From the NCBI RefSeq assembly GCF_009914755.1, contig NC_060925.1: a stretch of DNA of 64,000 bases. One strand, 5' to 3'. Of this stretch, positions 44,856 to 57,862 are shown in pieces; positions within the stretch are counted from its first letter, which is position 1, and each line of letters opens with the position of its first letter. The notes beneath the pieces were generated by a model. It searched no databases. It worked only from the letters and a program-made list of their open reading frames with translations, and was not told where the DNA came from. Source of the DNA: the human T2T-CHM13v2.0 reference genome, Homo sapiens. The translations under genes were made by a program, and so were the position numbers.

Positions 44856-47800
44856 TGGAGATGGGGTAGAAGGACGGCACAGTTTGGTATTGCTGGAGTG
44901 TGATGTGATAGGAAATGTGCAGCCAAAGAGAAAAAAAGATGTAAGTAAGCTTGACTCATTGCAGCTAAGAACCCAGATGTTATCTTGAGGGTATTAACTA
45001 ATAAGCAGTTTAAATCAGAATGGCATATTCTGATTTGTTTCTTGTATGTTCATATTTGGCAGGCATAGATACTGTTTGAAGAGAGAAAAGACAGTAGATA
45101 GAGGTAACAAACTTAAATATGTGCGAAGTCTAGAAACAAGAGACCGGGGGATAAGGACCTTTCAAAATAAAATGCAAGATTTGAAAACTGATTGGCTGGG
45201 GCATGAGGAAAAGGCAGGTCTTTAAGGTCAATCCCTGTTTTGCTTTGTTAGGGGTTGGTTTTATCACATATTGTAGAACATGTCATTTCAGTTTTGAACA
45301 TCTTGAGTTAAATTGTCCTAACATATCTTATGAATTTGATTTTCTTCCCTGGGAAGCTAATATTTCAAAAACTGAAAGAGTATATAGATTTCCAACTTGT
45401 ATCCAATTTATAAAACTATCTCTAGGCTGCTGATTTCAGGAGGAGGCTCATGAATATTCTCTTTGCAGAGAATATATCAGGAGTTAACAACAGCTTCAAT
45501 ATTTGTGGACGACCAGTTAACTAAATCACCTCTTAGTGTATTTAGATGGGAAATCTTAGCTGAAGATATTCAATAATGAACCAACAGTGACTAAAAAATT
45601 CAACATTTAAGTATATTTCATTGTAATTAATTTGAATTGAAGTAGCAGCTAGTATTTACTACATTGAACAATGCAAATAAGAGGAAAAAATTAATAACCA
45701 TCTCTAATACCACATGCCAAAATCCTCATCAATTTATTCTAGCTAAAGGAGTTGATCAGAAGCAGCAGTTGAAAGCACCAACTAAACCAGCTGGGGTTGG
45801 TTCACTGTCATTCTCTCAGAACCATCTCTTCTCTGAACAAAACAAGTACAGGAGTTCATTGTGAATCTGCATTCTCCTTGCCTATTTTAAGGTTTTGATG
45901 TTGACGCAAATTTGTGAAATCCCTCCTGTGGTGTGATATTTCGTTTTCCTTGCTTTGTGTTAGGACAAGAATGCTTCAGCTCTTAATTTAAAATTATGTT
46001 TCTCCCTCCTAGGTTGAGTGAACTTAGAATGCATTCTCTGACATATCCAAGATTTTGTTAATATGAATTTCGGGAAAAAAGCATACTTAATTAGCTAAGA
46101 CGTCTTATTCTAAGCTTGACCCTATGTTCGACATCTTTTGAATTTCTGGTTGCGTGGGCTGCTCTCTGACACTGGTTAGTGACCTGGAAGCTCTATTAAT
46201 GTTAGGGGAGGTGGTGTATGAGCATTAGAGGTATCCTTGCAAGGAAAGACTTGTCTTATCTCAATACTTCTTTTTTTTTGCACACAAGAAAGTCAATGTC
46301 TGAGTCTTCTAAAATCTTCCTATTTCCAAATTGCAGATTATGATTGATTCCTAAACAAAGACCTAATTTTTGACTCAGAGACGTGGCAAGCTAGTGAATC
46401 ACCGTTATAATTTAACAATCTTCAAGATAAAATTATCTCTGATATTTAGATTTTGCCCAATTATTAAGATATTTGGGTGTTCCGTTAAGAATGGAAAACT
46501 CTAGTCTCTTGAGCAGAGACTATAAAGGCCTCAGATGATCATTTTTAATTTTATGCTCTTTTCTTTAACACCTTCAACACAGTTGGAAGCAGCCGATATT
46601 CCGCAGAGTTGTTGTGTTTTTTAAACCAAATGCATGGTTCAGTGGTAGAAAACTGGGCTGATCCAAGCTGTTTTCAGTAAACACTTCATTTCAGGTGACC
46701 CATTTCATATTAAATAATCTCTAGATCCTGTCTTCGAAACTAACTAGATCAGATAAACTACCCTGGATTTTCTCTTTTTAGGGTCTGAGAGCTGCAGTCA
46801 CTTTTGTGAAAATGATTACAATGACAAGATAGAGTTGTAGATGGGGAAAATGTTTTGACTAATTTAAGCACAGTGGTATTTCATATGAGAATTTAAGTTA
46901 CACACATTTGAAAATTATAATGGAGTCTCTTGGCTGAGCTTTAAAAAGAAATAGCGTTTAGGCTAAAAAGGGAACTGCTACCTCTCCTAAAATCAGAAAG
47001 ATGTTACAGTAATTCTCCATTCTCTAGAATTATCAAGAAGCACCTTTGTGATGATTTACTTTTGCTCCTGCGAGTGTGAGCCCGTGTAGTCGTGGAACCA
47101 TCAATTAGAATGGTGGCTTTCTGATCCCAAAGTCACTCGTTCTGAAAACAATATTTTCCATAAATTTGAAAGTGAGAAGTTTTGATCTTGCCATTCCCAA
47201 GTAACTCTCTTAATAAGAGGCATCAGCATGCTTCAGTGACAGCTGTCACCTTCCATTGCTGAGAGTCATCTTTGAGTTCTCTATTTCACTCCCTACACTC
47301 CAATTTAGCTGCAGTTCTCTTGGCCAGTCCTATGAAATACATCCATGGCCTAACGACTTCTCACCACTACTACCACTCATGCTGACAGCATTCTCACCTA
47401 AGTCACTACCTTTTTTTGCTGGATTAGAGTAGCCTCCCAATTTATTTGCTCACATAACCTATTTATTCTACACAGTGCACCAGATACACCCCTTTGAAAT
47501 GCAAACACAATCATATTATTCTCTGGTGAAATTATCTCATATATTCCTATCGCATTTAAAATTAATTCAGAATCATCCCATGATTATCAAAACCCTACAT
47601 GCTCTTCCACAACATGGTTTACTTCCAAGATATCTCTTCAACATTTTTTTCACTGTACTGAATTGGTGACTAATAGTCATATTTTTGTTTTTGCTCAAAA
47701 AGTCTTGACTTGTAAATTTTTCAGTTTCTCCTTTATCCACAGGTAACTCTTTCCTGATAAGGCGAATTGCTTGCTTCCTTGAATTCTGCTCTCAAAGATA

Positions 47801-48354
47801 CCCTTCATTTTCTACCTAATATTAATAACTTTAATCATTCATTATTCCATTACTATGCTCTATAGTGTATACAATTTCTGTTCTTTGTCATGTTATTAAC
47901 TAAATTATTTATTGGGTCCAGTAACGTATTCCATAAATATTGTACACATAAAAATTGTGTTATTTTTATTCCTGTATGCTCAGCTGCCCAATAACAGTCT
48001 GAGGATTAACATATTTGTTAAATGCACAAATACATTCTTTCACAAATATTAGTTTAATAATTTTATGTTAAACTCCCTCTATACTTACAATATGAATTAG
48101 ATAATTCAGAATAAACATTCCATTGGAAAAAGCTACACAATTTGTTATAAAACATCCTTAAAAGCATCAGAAAATTAATACAGCAATGAAGAATTACAGG
48201 ACCAAATTAAGAATGGTATGAAAGCCTGTTTGTGACGCTTATGTTTGGGTTATCTCTTTATTTGAGTGACTATAAATCTCAAAAGAGAACTAAAGGGAGA
48301 AATAACCGTATCTACTAACATGCTAAGGGTACTTAAACATCTCTTAGTAATTGA

Positions 48355-48510
48355 GAAAATTGAAAGAAAAGAAAAAAGAGAAAGGGAGAAAGAGAGACAG
48401 CGAAAGGGATAATGAAGGAGAGAAAGAAGAAGAGAAAGGAAGAGGAAGAAAAGTAAAAAGGAGGAGGAGGGGGAAGGAAGAAGGAAGAAAGGTGAAAAGA
48501 AAGAATGGTA
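48355..48510. repeat. GA-rich low-complexity tract
   Basis: Polypurine run gaaagaaaagaaaaaagagaaaggg...gaaggaagaaaggtgaaaagaaag. Confidence 0.85.
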
Positions 48511-48524
48511 AACTTTTTAACAAC

Positions 48525-49523
48525 ATAATTTATCCTTCTAGAATATGAATGTTGGTCTATTTGATGATGTCCCACAGATTCATTAGTCTCTGCTCATTGT
48601 TTATTTTTTATTCTTTCTGTTTCTCAGAGTATTTTCCATTTTCTTCTCTTCAAGTTCATGGCTTCCTCTGTGTGTGCAAATATACTCTTAAATCCCTCTG
48701 GTGATTTTTAAATTTTTATCATTGTAGTTTTCCACTCCAGAATTTGTTATCTCTTTGCTGATATTCCTACTTTTTAATATTTTTTCTGATTCCTTTATTT
48801 CTTTGTTTATGTTTTCCTTTTGACATTTGAGTATAATGAAGACAGTTGTTTTAAAGTCTTTGTCTGGTAAGTTTGATGTCTGGGTTTCTTTAGGGATATT
48901 TTCTGTCACTTTATTTTGTTCCTTTGAATGAGCCACACTTTCCCATTCTTTGTATGCCTTGTAACGTTTTTTGAAAACTGGACATTCTAATAATTATAAT
49001 TACTATGTGGTTACTCTGTAAATCAGACCTCCCCCTACAAACACAGTGATGTTTTGTGGTTTTAAATTTTCTTTACTTATTATATTGTTAAGGATTTTTT
49101 TTTTTAGTGAAATTTTCCAAAGTGATTTACAAAACTGTTTGGTTTATAAGGTGTGGTCACCGAAGTCTTTTTGTTTCCTTAACAAATGTTAAGCTAATGT
49201 TTTGACAGTGATTTTCTGGTATGTCAGGAGCCAATCAAACAGGCAAATACAAGAAAAACAAAAAGAAAAGCAAGTAATCATTGTCCAGCAAAATATGTCT
49301 GTAGGCCATGCAGACTGGCTTTGTGCTGGGTTCTTTAAAGCCGGCACAAAGTGTGTGTTCACTCTTGCACTGAGTGAAGTTCAAGTTCACTCTTGCACAG
49401 AGCTTGCACTGAGGGGAGGGATCGGCCAAGGTAAAAGTGTAGGGTCTTCTTATGACATTTGTCAGCATGTGGCTTAACCTATGAATACGTGTGACTTTGT
49501 AGACTCTCCCATGTACGTGAATG
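48525..49523 (-). mobile_element. Old L1M element, ORF1 start and 5' region, cut off at ~49523
   Basis: The minus ORF MAHSKEQNKVTENIPKETQTSNLPDKDFKTTVFIILKCQKE resembles the old L1 ORF1 N-terminus; upstream sequence is L1M 5'-like. Confidence 0.7.
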
Positions 49524-50001
49524 AGGCATGCGCCACCACGCCCAGCTAATTTTTTCGTGTTTTTAGTAGAGACGAGGTTTCTCCATGTTGATCAGGCTGG
49601 TCTCAAACTCCCGACCTCAGGTGATCCGCCCGCCTCGGCCTCCCAAAGTGCTGGGATTACAGGCGTGAGCCACCACGCCCAGCAGATTTATTTATTTTTT
49701 AATCTTTCTTTTTTTTTTTTAGGCAGAGTCTTACTCTGTCACCCAGGCTGGAGTGCAGTGACACGATCTTGGCTCACTACAACCTATGCCTCCCCGGTTC
49801 AAGTAATCCTCCCACCTTAGCCTCCTGAGTAGCTGGGATTACAGGCGCCTGCCACCACACTCAGCTAATTTTTGTGTTTTTAGTAGAGACAGGGTTTCAC
49901 CATGTTGTCCAGGCTGGTCTTGAACTCCTGGCCTCAAGAGACCCACCCGCCTCAGGCTCCCACAGCGCTGGGATTACAGGCATGAGCTGCCATATCTGGC
50001 C
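49524..50001 (-). mobile_element. Truncated Alu (49524-49683) followed by a full Alu (49686-50001)
   Basis: The first Alu begins abruptly at aggcatgcgccaccacgcccagctaattttt and lacks most of the right arm and tail. Confidence 0.9.
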
Positions 50002-52318
50002 TATTTATTTTTTAATTTTTCAAATGAGAAGGTTGGGTTAGGTAATTTTTAAAAATCGCTTCAAGTTTCTTAACTCCACAATTATTTTCCTGAGACTCTT
50101 GCAAGCAACTGATCTTTATAGGTCATGCCTCAAATTCCCAATTGATGTCATCTGGGCAAATCAGTCCAATGACAGCCACAAGTGGTCAGAAAGCTTTCTT
50201 AGCAGCCCTCTTGGTCACTAGGCACACTACCTAGGAGTCAACCTGTGACAAGAGGCTGCTTCTTAAACTTACAAAAGATAGGATCTTCCAGGATGTGCTG
50301 CTCTGATGTTTTTGAAGGGCATAGAGAAACACACGGGCAATGTTTGCAGAGGCAACAGACTAAATAAAGCACATCTATAGTTGTATTGGCTTTGTGTGGG
50401 TTGTATGGTAAACAGGTAGTCACCCTGCTTAATGTGGGTATCCCATTTTCCATAAATGTCTATTTCACCACCCCAAAAAGCCCTCTTATCATGAAATTAA
50501 TCATCTGATGCACTTCAAGTACCAGTCACAAAAATGATGAACTCAGGCAGAATTCCACTGCTAGACAAGCCCAGACAAAAACTGTTACTGTTAGCCAAGG
50601 AAATTTGCACACAATTTTGATAAGTGGCACTAAAGCCACATAAGACAGGAAATGGGTTAGAGGACATCAATGTATTGAGACAGAAAGTGAAAGGGTGGGC
50701 AGGATTTGCGAGGTTACCAGTTTGAATATGGCCATTCCTGCTTTTACTAAAGGTCAATTTAGAATACAAATGTTACAGAATTCATTTAGAGCCAAAAAGT
50801 AATTCTGACAAAGACTGTCTTAAAATGCAAGATTTTTAGGTCCAAAATTTCTTACGTAACCTAAAAAATGGAAATCTTCACAATGTAATGAGATTGGGTC
50901 ATTTAAATAGTGTTATATCTAACCAGTCCAGACAGACCAGCTAAACAATCCTATTATTAAAAGCCTCTAGAGAGTGTTCAACAAACTCCTTAGATAATGA
51001 AGCTTGGGGCAGCAACACATCCCTCATTATAGTCAGAAAGTTCTCTTAACATGTGAGCCAGGTTATTGCGTGCATTTATGTTTTCCCACATGCTGCTCTT
51101 TCCTCAAGGAATGCGATTCTCCTCCCCGACTCCCTGCCTGGTTCGCTCATTCTTCAAGATCAAACACAAAAGTCACTGTGTGTGTGATGCTTCTCCAATT
51201 CCACTCATCCTGGCTGCCATTCATGCACTAGTGCATGTATGCATTTTTACATTTTTTAAATTACAAAAATCAACCTATTATAACTGCTTAGATATATATG
51301 AAGTAAAAATGAAAGTTCTCCCTTTACATGACCCATCCCCCATCATTTCCCTCTTTATCTTATACTGTCAGCATTCCCAGCTTGTAGCACAGTGTCTGGC
51401 AATAGTAAATCCTCAAAAAATGATCAATGAATAATTTAATAATGATTAATAAATAAATTAATGATGATGGTGAAGATAAATTTTTAGCATTTATTGAACG
51501 CTAACTACAAACCAGGGAGTGTGTTAAATATTTTATAAAAATCAATGAATGAGCTAAAATGCCATTCTATTATTTTTTTGTATAGGTTTTAATATTTTAC
51601 TCATAAATATGCTTAAAGAATATTATAATTATATGACTTAGATTGTAAAACAATATGTACAGCAGTATCCTATTTTTTAGAATAAAATTATAAATATGTG
51701 CTCACATATGTGTTTGTGCATGCATAGAAAACAGATTAGAAAGGAATATATTCTAACACCATTATCTCTAGCTGGTAGAATTATGGAAAATTTTTATTTC
51801 CTTCTTTTTGCTTCTAAATTTTATATAATGAGCATATTTGGCTTTGTATAATCATTTTTAAAAAGTTGTTTTAGAAGAATAGTACTGATATATCATTCCC
51901 TTTTAGCAGTTTTCTCTAGGATAAAAAATAAGAGGAAGTCTGAGCTTAACTAATTAAAAAAACAGATTTCTTTAAAAAATATTAGCAAATCATTAGTGTT
52001 CTTACTGGAGAAAGGGCAGTGTTCAAAGAAGAATTAAACAAATCATTCCAGTTGCAGGAAAAATTCAATTTACTGCATGCAGACTGTTTCTTGACTGAAA
52101 AGTTAATTCCTTTCATTCAGAATCAGTATGCATATTCACTGGCTATATTTCATCTCACATCTGCAAACTTAATTTTTCCTTTCTTGGTCATCAGAAGATT
52201 AGGAAATAAATTTTAGTCCAGGCAATAGATCCTACTTGGCAAGCTCAAAATAACTCAATTATTAAAAAGCAGCACACAAAGACCAGTAGTGACTTCCAAA
52301 GGATTGTTAACAATACTT

Positions 52319-52352
<34 letters not shown>

Positions 52353-52906
52353 GGGTCCAACTGTCTAAAAGAAGACTAGAGATACATGAATAAGAAAATA
52401 CGATGTTTTGGAATTATGTGCAAAATAGTAATGCTGCATATTACCCATCCTTTAAGTTTTAGCAATAATTAGAAAAAATAGTTTCCCAACAATAAAAGTT
52501 ATAAAATAATGTCATCATATCACCTAGAAGAGATTATAGATTTTTATAAACAAAATATGTGTTATTATGAATATTTGTATGTACTCTCCAAGAACTAAAA
52601 GATGAAGTTCCCCTTTCAGGATCCCCTGTGCCTGAGAAGGAAACTTTCCAGTGAAAGCCTACTAGCTAGTTAAAAATTTCTTAAAAAAGAAAATCTTCTT
52701 AGTTGTATACTTGGGAGCATCCTTTCTCTTGGGCGGATCCCTGTTAGACATATACAACTTTTAATGTTTGCACCTTTAACTGTAGGGATGGTCTCTGAGT
52801 ATGCCCACATTCGTATCTAAGATATTCAACGCCTGTCCTTCAGACACTTAACAAGGACTCTGAGTTCCAAATCTCCCTTGAGTGCTGCAGTGCATGCTGA
52901 CGCTCT

Positions 52907-53128
52907 TTAAAAGCCATAGCACTCCCTCACTGTGAAATAAAACTGCTCTGTCTCTTGCTGGTTGGCTCTCCTCTTAGCAATGCTGGGCTTGCTCATGAAG
53001 GTTTCAGAGACCGTGGACTTGACGGACTCCATGGAGTTGCTGTACTGGAAGCAGTCAGACACATCGAAGTCCTCGACAGTCACAATGTCCTGGATGGTTT
53101 GCAGGGTGGCCTCCATTGTCTTCTTTAC
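52907..53128 (-). CDS. SRGAP2: Terminal coding exon (exon 9 + intron-9 read-through VRECYGF*) of a truncated human-specific SRGAP2 paralog (SRGAP2B/C/D type)
   Basis: ggcag|GTA AAG AAG... encodes VKKTMEATLQTIQDIVTVEDFDVSDCFQYSNSMESVKSTVSETFMSKPSIAKRRANQQETEQFYFT (53128-52931, 198 nt), continuing through the GTGAGG donor into VRECYGF-TAA, the known paralog C-terminus. Confidence 0.93.
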   Translation of the reverse strand, partial: VKKTMEATLQTIQDIVTVEDFDVSDCFQYSNSMESVKSTVSETFMSKPSIAKRRANQQETEQFYFTVRECYGF

Positions 53129-54154
53129 CTGCCACGACAAGGGCCAACAGGATGCATGAAGGGTGGGTTGTTAAACAGCAGGTGATGGAGAAGCTTGAAG
53201 AGAGTGGGCTGGGGAAGGCCACAGGATGCCATCAGAGTGTGCAGCTCTGCTTCCCACTGGACAGTGCTAAGTGAGAGGTAAACATCACATGGACTCTGCT
53301 ACAGCATGCTACTCTCTACAGTGAAAACCTAAAAGCCACTACAACCCTTCATGCTATGTACTTGACCCAGATCTTTTAATGTTTACTTTTAAAATTTAAT
53401 ATTAGCATTATTATAATATTATATAACAATATTGTAATAGAAGTTTTAAGGGAAAGAGAATAAAATAAATCTAAACCAACCCCCTCATACAAACAGCTAA
53501 TTAAAATGTGTGATGGGCCTAGTACTGCAAAGCCCCAGGTTCTGTTTCATGACCTTCAACAAACTGATGAACTTGTTTGCTCATTTGCAAACTAAGTGAC
53601 CTATCCCTACTTCTTCCTGATCTTCCTGCAGAAAGTAAGACTTACTGAGACACAAGGTAAGAAGCCATCTGAGCTCAACAGAAAGCTGGATCACCCGCCC
53701 TTTTGAACCGCTTTTTGAAAGCAAATACACTGAGCCCAGAAGAAACTCACCCTTTCCTAAGAGGATGGAGATGTTTGAAGTGTCAAAGTCAAAGGCCTCT
53801 GTTTGTTTGAACATGCTGGAAAAAGCTAGGCATGAGGAGGTGGTTTCAGAGACACAATATTGTTCACACAGCTGCCAAGTGCCATTTTGATTAAATGTGT
53901 AGAGGGGAAAAAAAGCATTTCGCAAAAGCTCAAAATAGAGCACAACCTTTGGCAATGCAAGAGCAACTTCCTGGAGTTCAAGGGCAGGATGTAGCAGAGG
54001 GGGAAAGTCCAAGCCTACATTTGGCTAGGAAATGTTTGCGGCCGCCCGGACATTCTCTGCATGCTCCTTCCACCTGCTCCCAGACGGGCAGCAGCAAAAG
54101 TTTCAACAGGGAAACTAAGAGTGTGGCTTTGAGCCTCCTAAGGAAGAAACTCAC

Positions 54155-54256
54155 CTCTTCGTTTTCAATCTTTAGAGTGGATAAGCGAGACTGCAGTTGT
54201 TGGCATCTCTGTAGCAGCTCACTCTGGACAGGCTGCTGGGCACAGAGCTGGGAAGC
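54155..54256 (-). CDS. SRGAP2: SRGAP2 paralog exon 8 (extended F-BAR coiled coil)
   Basis: ttgttag|GCT...GAAGAG|gtgagt; 102 nt, phase 0, encoding ASQLCAQQPVQSELLQRCQQLQSRLSTLKIENEE. Confidence 0.93.
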
Positions 54257-57200
54257 CTAACAAAAGAAAGCAACACCAGGTCAGAAAGAGGATACAGTCC
54301 CTTTGGCAGTTCCAGAGTTCCCATTACTGGCAATGAAACTACCCATATTCAAGGTATAAGGCTCGTGGTTTCTACGTTGAAGCAAAACCCAAAGCCAACT
54401 TGTGTGAGCCTCTTCCAGGACCAAACAGTACATGAAAGGAATGGGTAGGGGGATCTGTTTGGAGCCCGGCAGGGGTAGGTCTAGGTAGGGTCTGCAGCTC
54501 CATGGAAGGCTGAGGAGGCTGGAGAAGAGTGCCTCAGGCAGCTCCGGCTCCAGAAACACAATGCTTTGGCACAGTGAAGATTTCCTGCCAAAGGTCCAAG
54601 TGGCCACCTCTCTGGCCCCTCCCTCATCCCCCTTCATACACCAGAGTGAAAGCAGGAGAGAAGTGGGTCAGGAGGCTAACTTGCCACTGCTGGCAGCCAG
54701 CATGTGTTTACAAATCCAGGCCATGCATGAGAGCTTTGATTCAATGAGAAAGCGTGAAGCCAGGAACAAGTTCGTTGCCTATGCTTGAGGGCCCGAGAGG
54801 GTATGGAATCTGAAGGAGCTTGGCATTTTCCAAAGAGCCATCATTTTACCAGGCCTTCCCTAGATCTGTAAGAGAGGAGTCTGACCTTCCCGCAAGGATT
54901 ATTGCCAATTAGCTTTCCCCTGTGTGAAGGAATGGCTGTTCCACTGTCTCCCATTGGAGATGTGGTTATGGGATGAGGTCATCCACAGTCCCCTGGATGA
55001 CAGATGAGGAGCAGAAGGCTGAGAGAGTTGGGAGGCAGGACCCATGTGGAGACAGCTCCTGTCACCTTGTTACCGTTCGTCCTTTAGCCTCTTGCCTGCA
55101 GAGAGACATCTGGATAGAAATGGCCTCCTTCCTCCTCAGCAAAGAGTGGGCACATTCACATGCCCACGGACCATTCCCTTGCTTGAAAAGAAAAAACCTT
55201 TCTTCAAATGGAGGGGGCTGGGACTTGACCTTTTCCTCCATTGGCTTTTAAGCTCCCAACTGACTTGACCTCTTCCCCCAGCTGAGAGGCTGGCCTGAGC
55301 CAACTCTCAGATCCACAGAGAGCTGACTTCACTCTAACTCTTGGATAAGCAGACACAATGGAGAAAGCTCAGTGGCCAGAACCGGTTAGCGCCAAGAGTG
55401 AAATTCTCTGGCTGCCTGATGTCACCAGTCAGGCATCCAGAGTCCCACAGCCTCTGAGGGCACCAAAAATGGAGCCAAGCACCTCCTCCTAGTACATCTG
55501 AGAGCACTTGGCATCAATTCATGTGCTGTGCACCCCAGAACACCAGTTAGTGTGGGACCTTGGCCAATTTTAAGGCTTCCAGTCAAAATGCTACCCAATC
55601 TTTGGCCCTAGTTCAACGACTTCCAGGCAGCTCCCTCCTGTTGCCTCCACAATCTGCAGACAACCCACACTGATGGGGATAGACTGGCTGCAGAGGCCAA
55701 GAATGACCCACCCTCTCATCTCTTTTTATTTTCACTCATATGAAGGCTAGGCTAGAATGCGGAACCTTCACAAGCTCCAGGACTGGTCCTGGCCCCTGCC
55801 TGGCTCAGCCACTGATCAGCTATATTACATAAAGGGAGGGCCCTGGCAGAAGAGTGAGCTATTGATTTTTAAAGTAACCCAGACCTAGCAGAGAGGAATC
55901 ATGGAGGGAAAAACCACCTCCAAGCCTGTTCCTTTAAGAAGTAGCAGAGCTGATGATGATGCATGCTTTGGCAGTGGTCCGCTACCAGGGTGCAAGGTAA
56001 TACACTTCAGCTGCACTCCGGAGTATGGAAATAAGGCTCTGACAGGGGGAGGAGGGGGCTTGAGCACCCAGCATCTGGATTCCTCCTTTATGGAGACAAG
56101 CTGTTTGGCTCAGAAGGCAACTCAGTCACTAACACCAGAAAATGTATCACTCCACTCAGCTGGTCCCCAAGTTCCACTGATCCCTGGGAAGGAACCTCAG
56201 TGACAGCTGGAGAAGGTGCTTGGAAGGCAAGTTTGACCAGAAGCCAGGGCAGGTGAGGAATGGGGCTTCCTGAGGCTTGGTGACACCCCTTCCCCCAATT
56301 CTAATTGCACATGCTGCCATCTCACTTCTCCATCTGTTCAGACACTGACATTTCCTAAGCCACAGCAATGGAAATGAACTGTAAATGGTTTGATTTTCCC
56401 CAAGAAGGAAAGGAAGGAAACCAACTCCACATTTCTATCTCCAGGACAGCATCTCACTCTCCATAGAGGCCAACTGATGACAGCAAATCCTCTGGTTCCA
56501 CTGCCACAGCTGTCATTCTGGAGTGGGGATTTCTAGAGTCTGGATGCTAATCTTAAGGGAAGCATCATTCCTGAGGAGCACACATGTTGCTGTTTTTTGG
56601 TCCCCGGCGTCCACTCCTCCTTTTTTTGGTAGCTTTGGTCTAACTGCCCTCGGTGAGGGGAACCTCCCACTCCACAACTCAGGCCACGTGCTTTGCATGG
56701 ACCCAGGCATAAGCACTTTACCCAATCAAAACCAATGAGACACACAAACTTTATGGGGGCTTTGAGGAGGGAGGCAGAGACTCTTTCCACTAGATTTCAA
56801 CCTACCAGGGAAGGCTGGAAATGCAGTCACCTTGCCTCCATGGGAGAATGGCCTGTCTGAGAATGGAGTTAACACACAGGAAGTAGTACAGAGACAGCAA
56901 AACAGTGTCTTGGTAAAATTCCTCCTCCTAAAGCCAACTATACCCAAAGGTCCATCTTGATCTTTTCTATCGCATAAGCCCTATACAACCTCCTTCTAAT
57001 TTCACCAGTAGGAGAAATGGTGGCTCTTATCCACAGGAATGAGGTTCACTCTGACTTGTACACACAACCACACAAGTGGAACCAAAAGATTCAGAACAAT
57101 GAAAACCCAGGAGCTTCTCCTGCCTCTCACTTTAGCTTTTTTAGGCCCTTTTTATTCTAGTCACTGGAGGCTAAGAGTCCAAAACAAGGCCCCCATGTTC

Positions 57201-57862
57201 ATGCTCCCCTGTCTGGGCAACCAGCATCAGGCCTTTGGGATAGCATCTTAGCTCCTTTCCTTCCTGCAGGTACCCATTCTTTTTTATTCAATACCCAAAC
57301 AAAACTATACACTTCATCACAGTCTTCTAACTTCAGGAGAATAAGATTATTCAGAACTCTGCCAAATGCCAAAAGATCACAGCATTCCCTGCCTAGCCCT
57401 CGCTTCCCCACTAAAGCCTCTAGGATGTGGCCCCACCTCAGCTCTCATTTCTTCTAGCCTCACCACTGGGAGCGCCCCCCTCCCTCACTTTCCTTTCACC
57501 ATCCTGAACTGTTGGTAGTTTTTAGAATATACCTGCTGTTTTTCACCTTCTTTGATCCTGCTGGGCCCCTTTGGATACCCCTCTCTATGCATAGTTCGAA
57601 CCCTCCTCAAGCCTTAGCGACCTTATTCCCCAGACTGTAAGCTCCCCGAGGGCTTTAATCCCCCATGTCTGCACCCAAGCCCGAGTGTCTGACAGCAGGC
57701 ACTCACTAACTGTTTGCTCAATAAGGGGAATGTGCCTCACCCACCTGACAAAAAGCCGGGCCCAGGCCTCTCCCACCCCAGAATAATGTGCCTTCTGTGT
57801 AATTAATCTAGACAAGTCCACTCAAGCCCCTTGAGGGTGGGGGTATAGGGAAAGGGCCTCAC

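Noticed and set aside
43044-44959. 500-625 aa ORFs on both strands (P/A/F-rich and K/R/G-rich)
   Set aside because: They coincide with the GC repeat, are open in several frames at once, and several begin at non-ATG codons.
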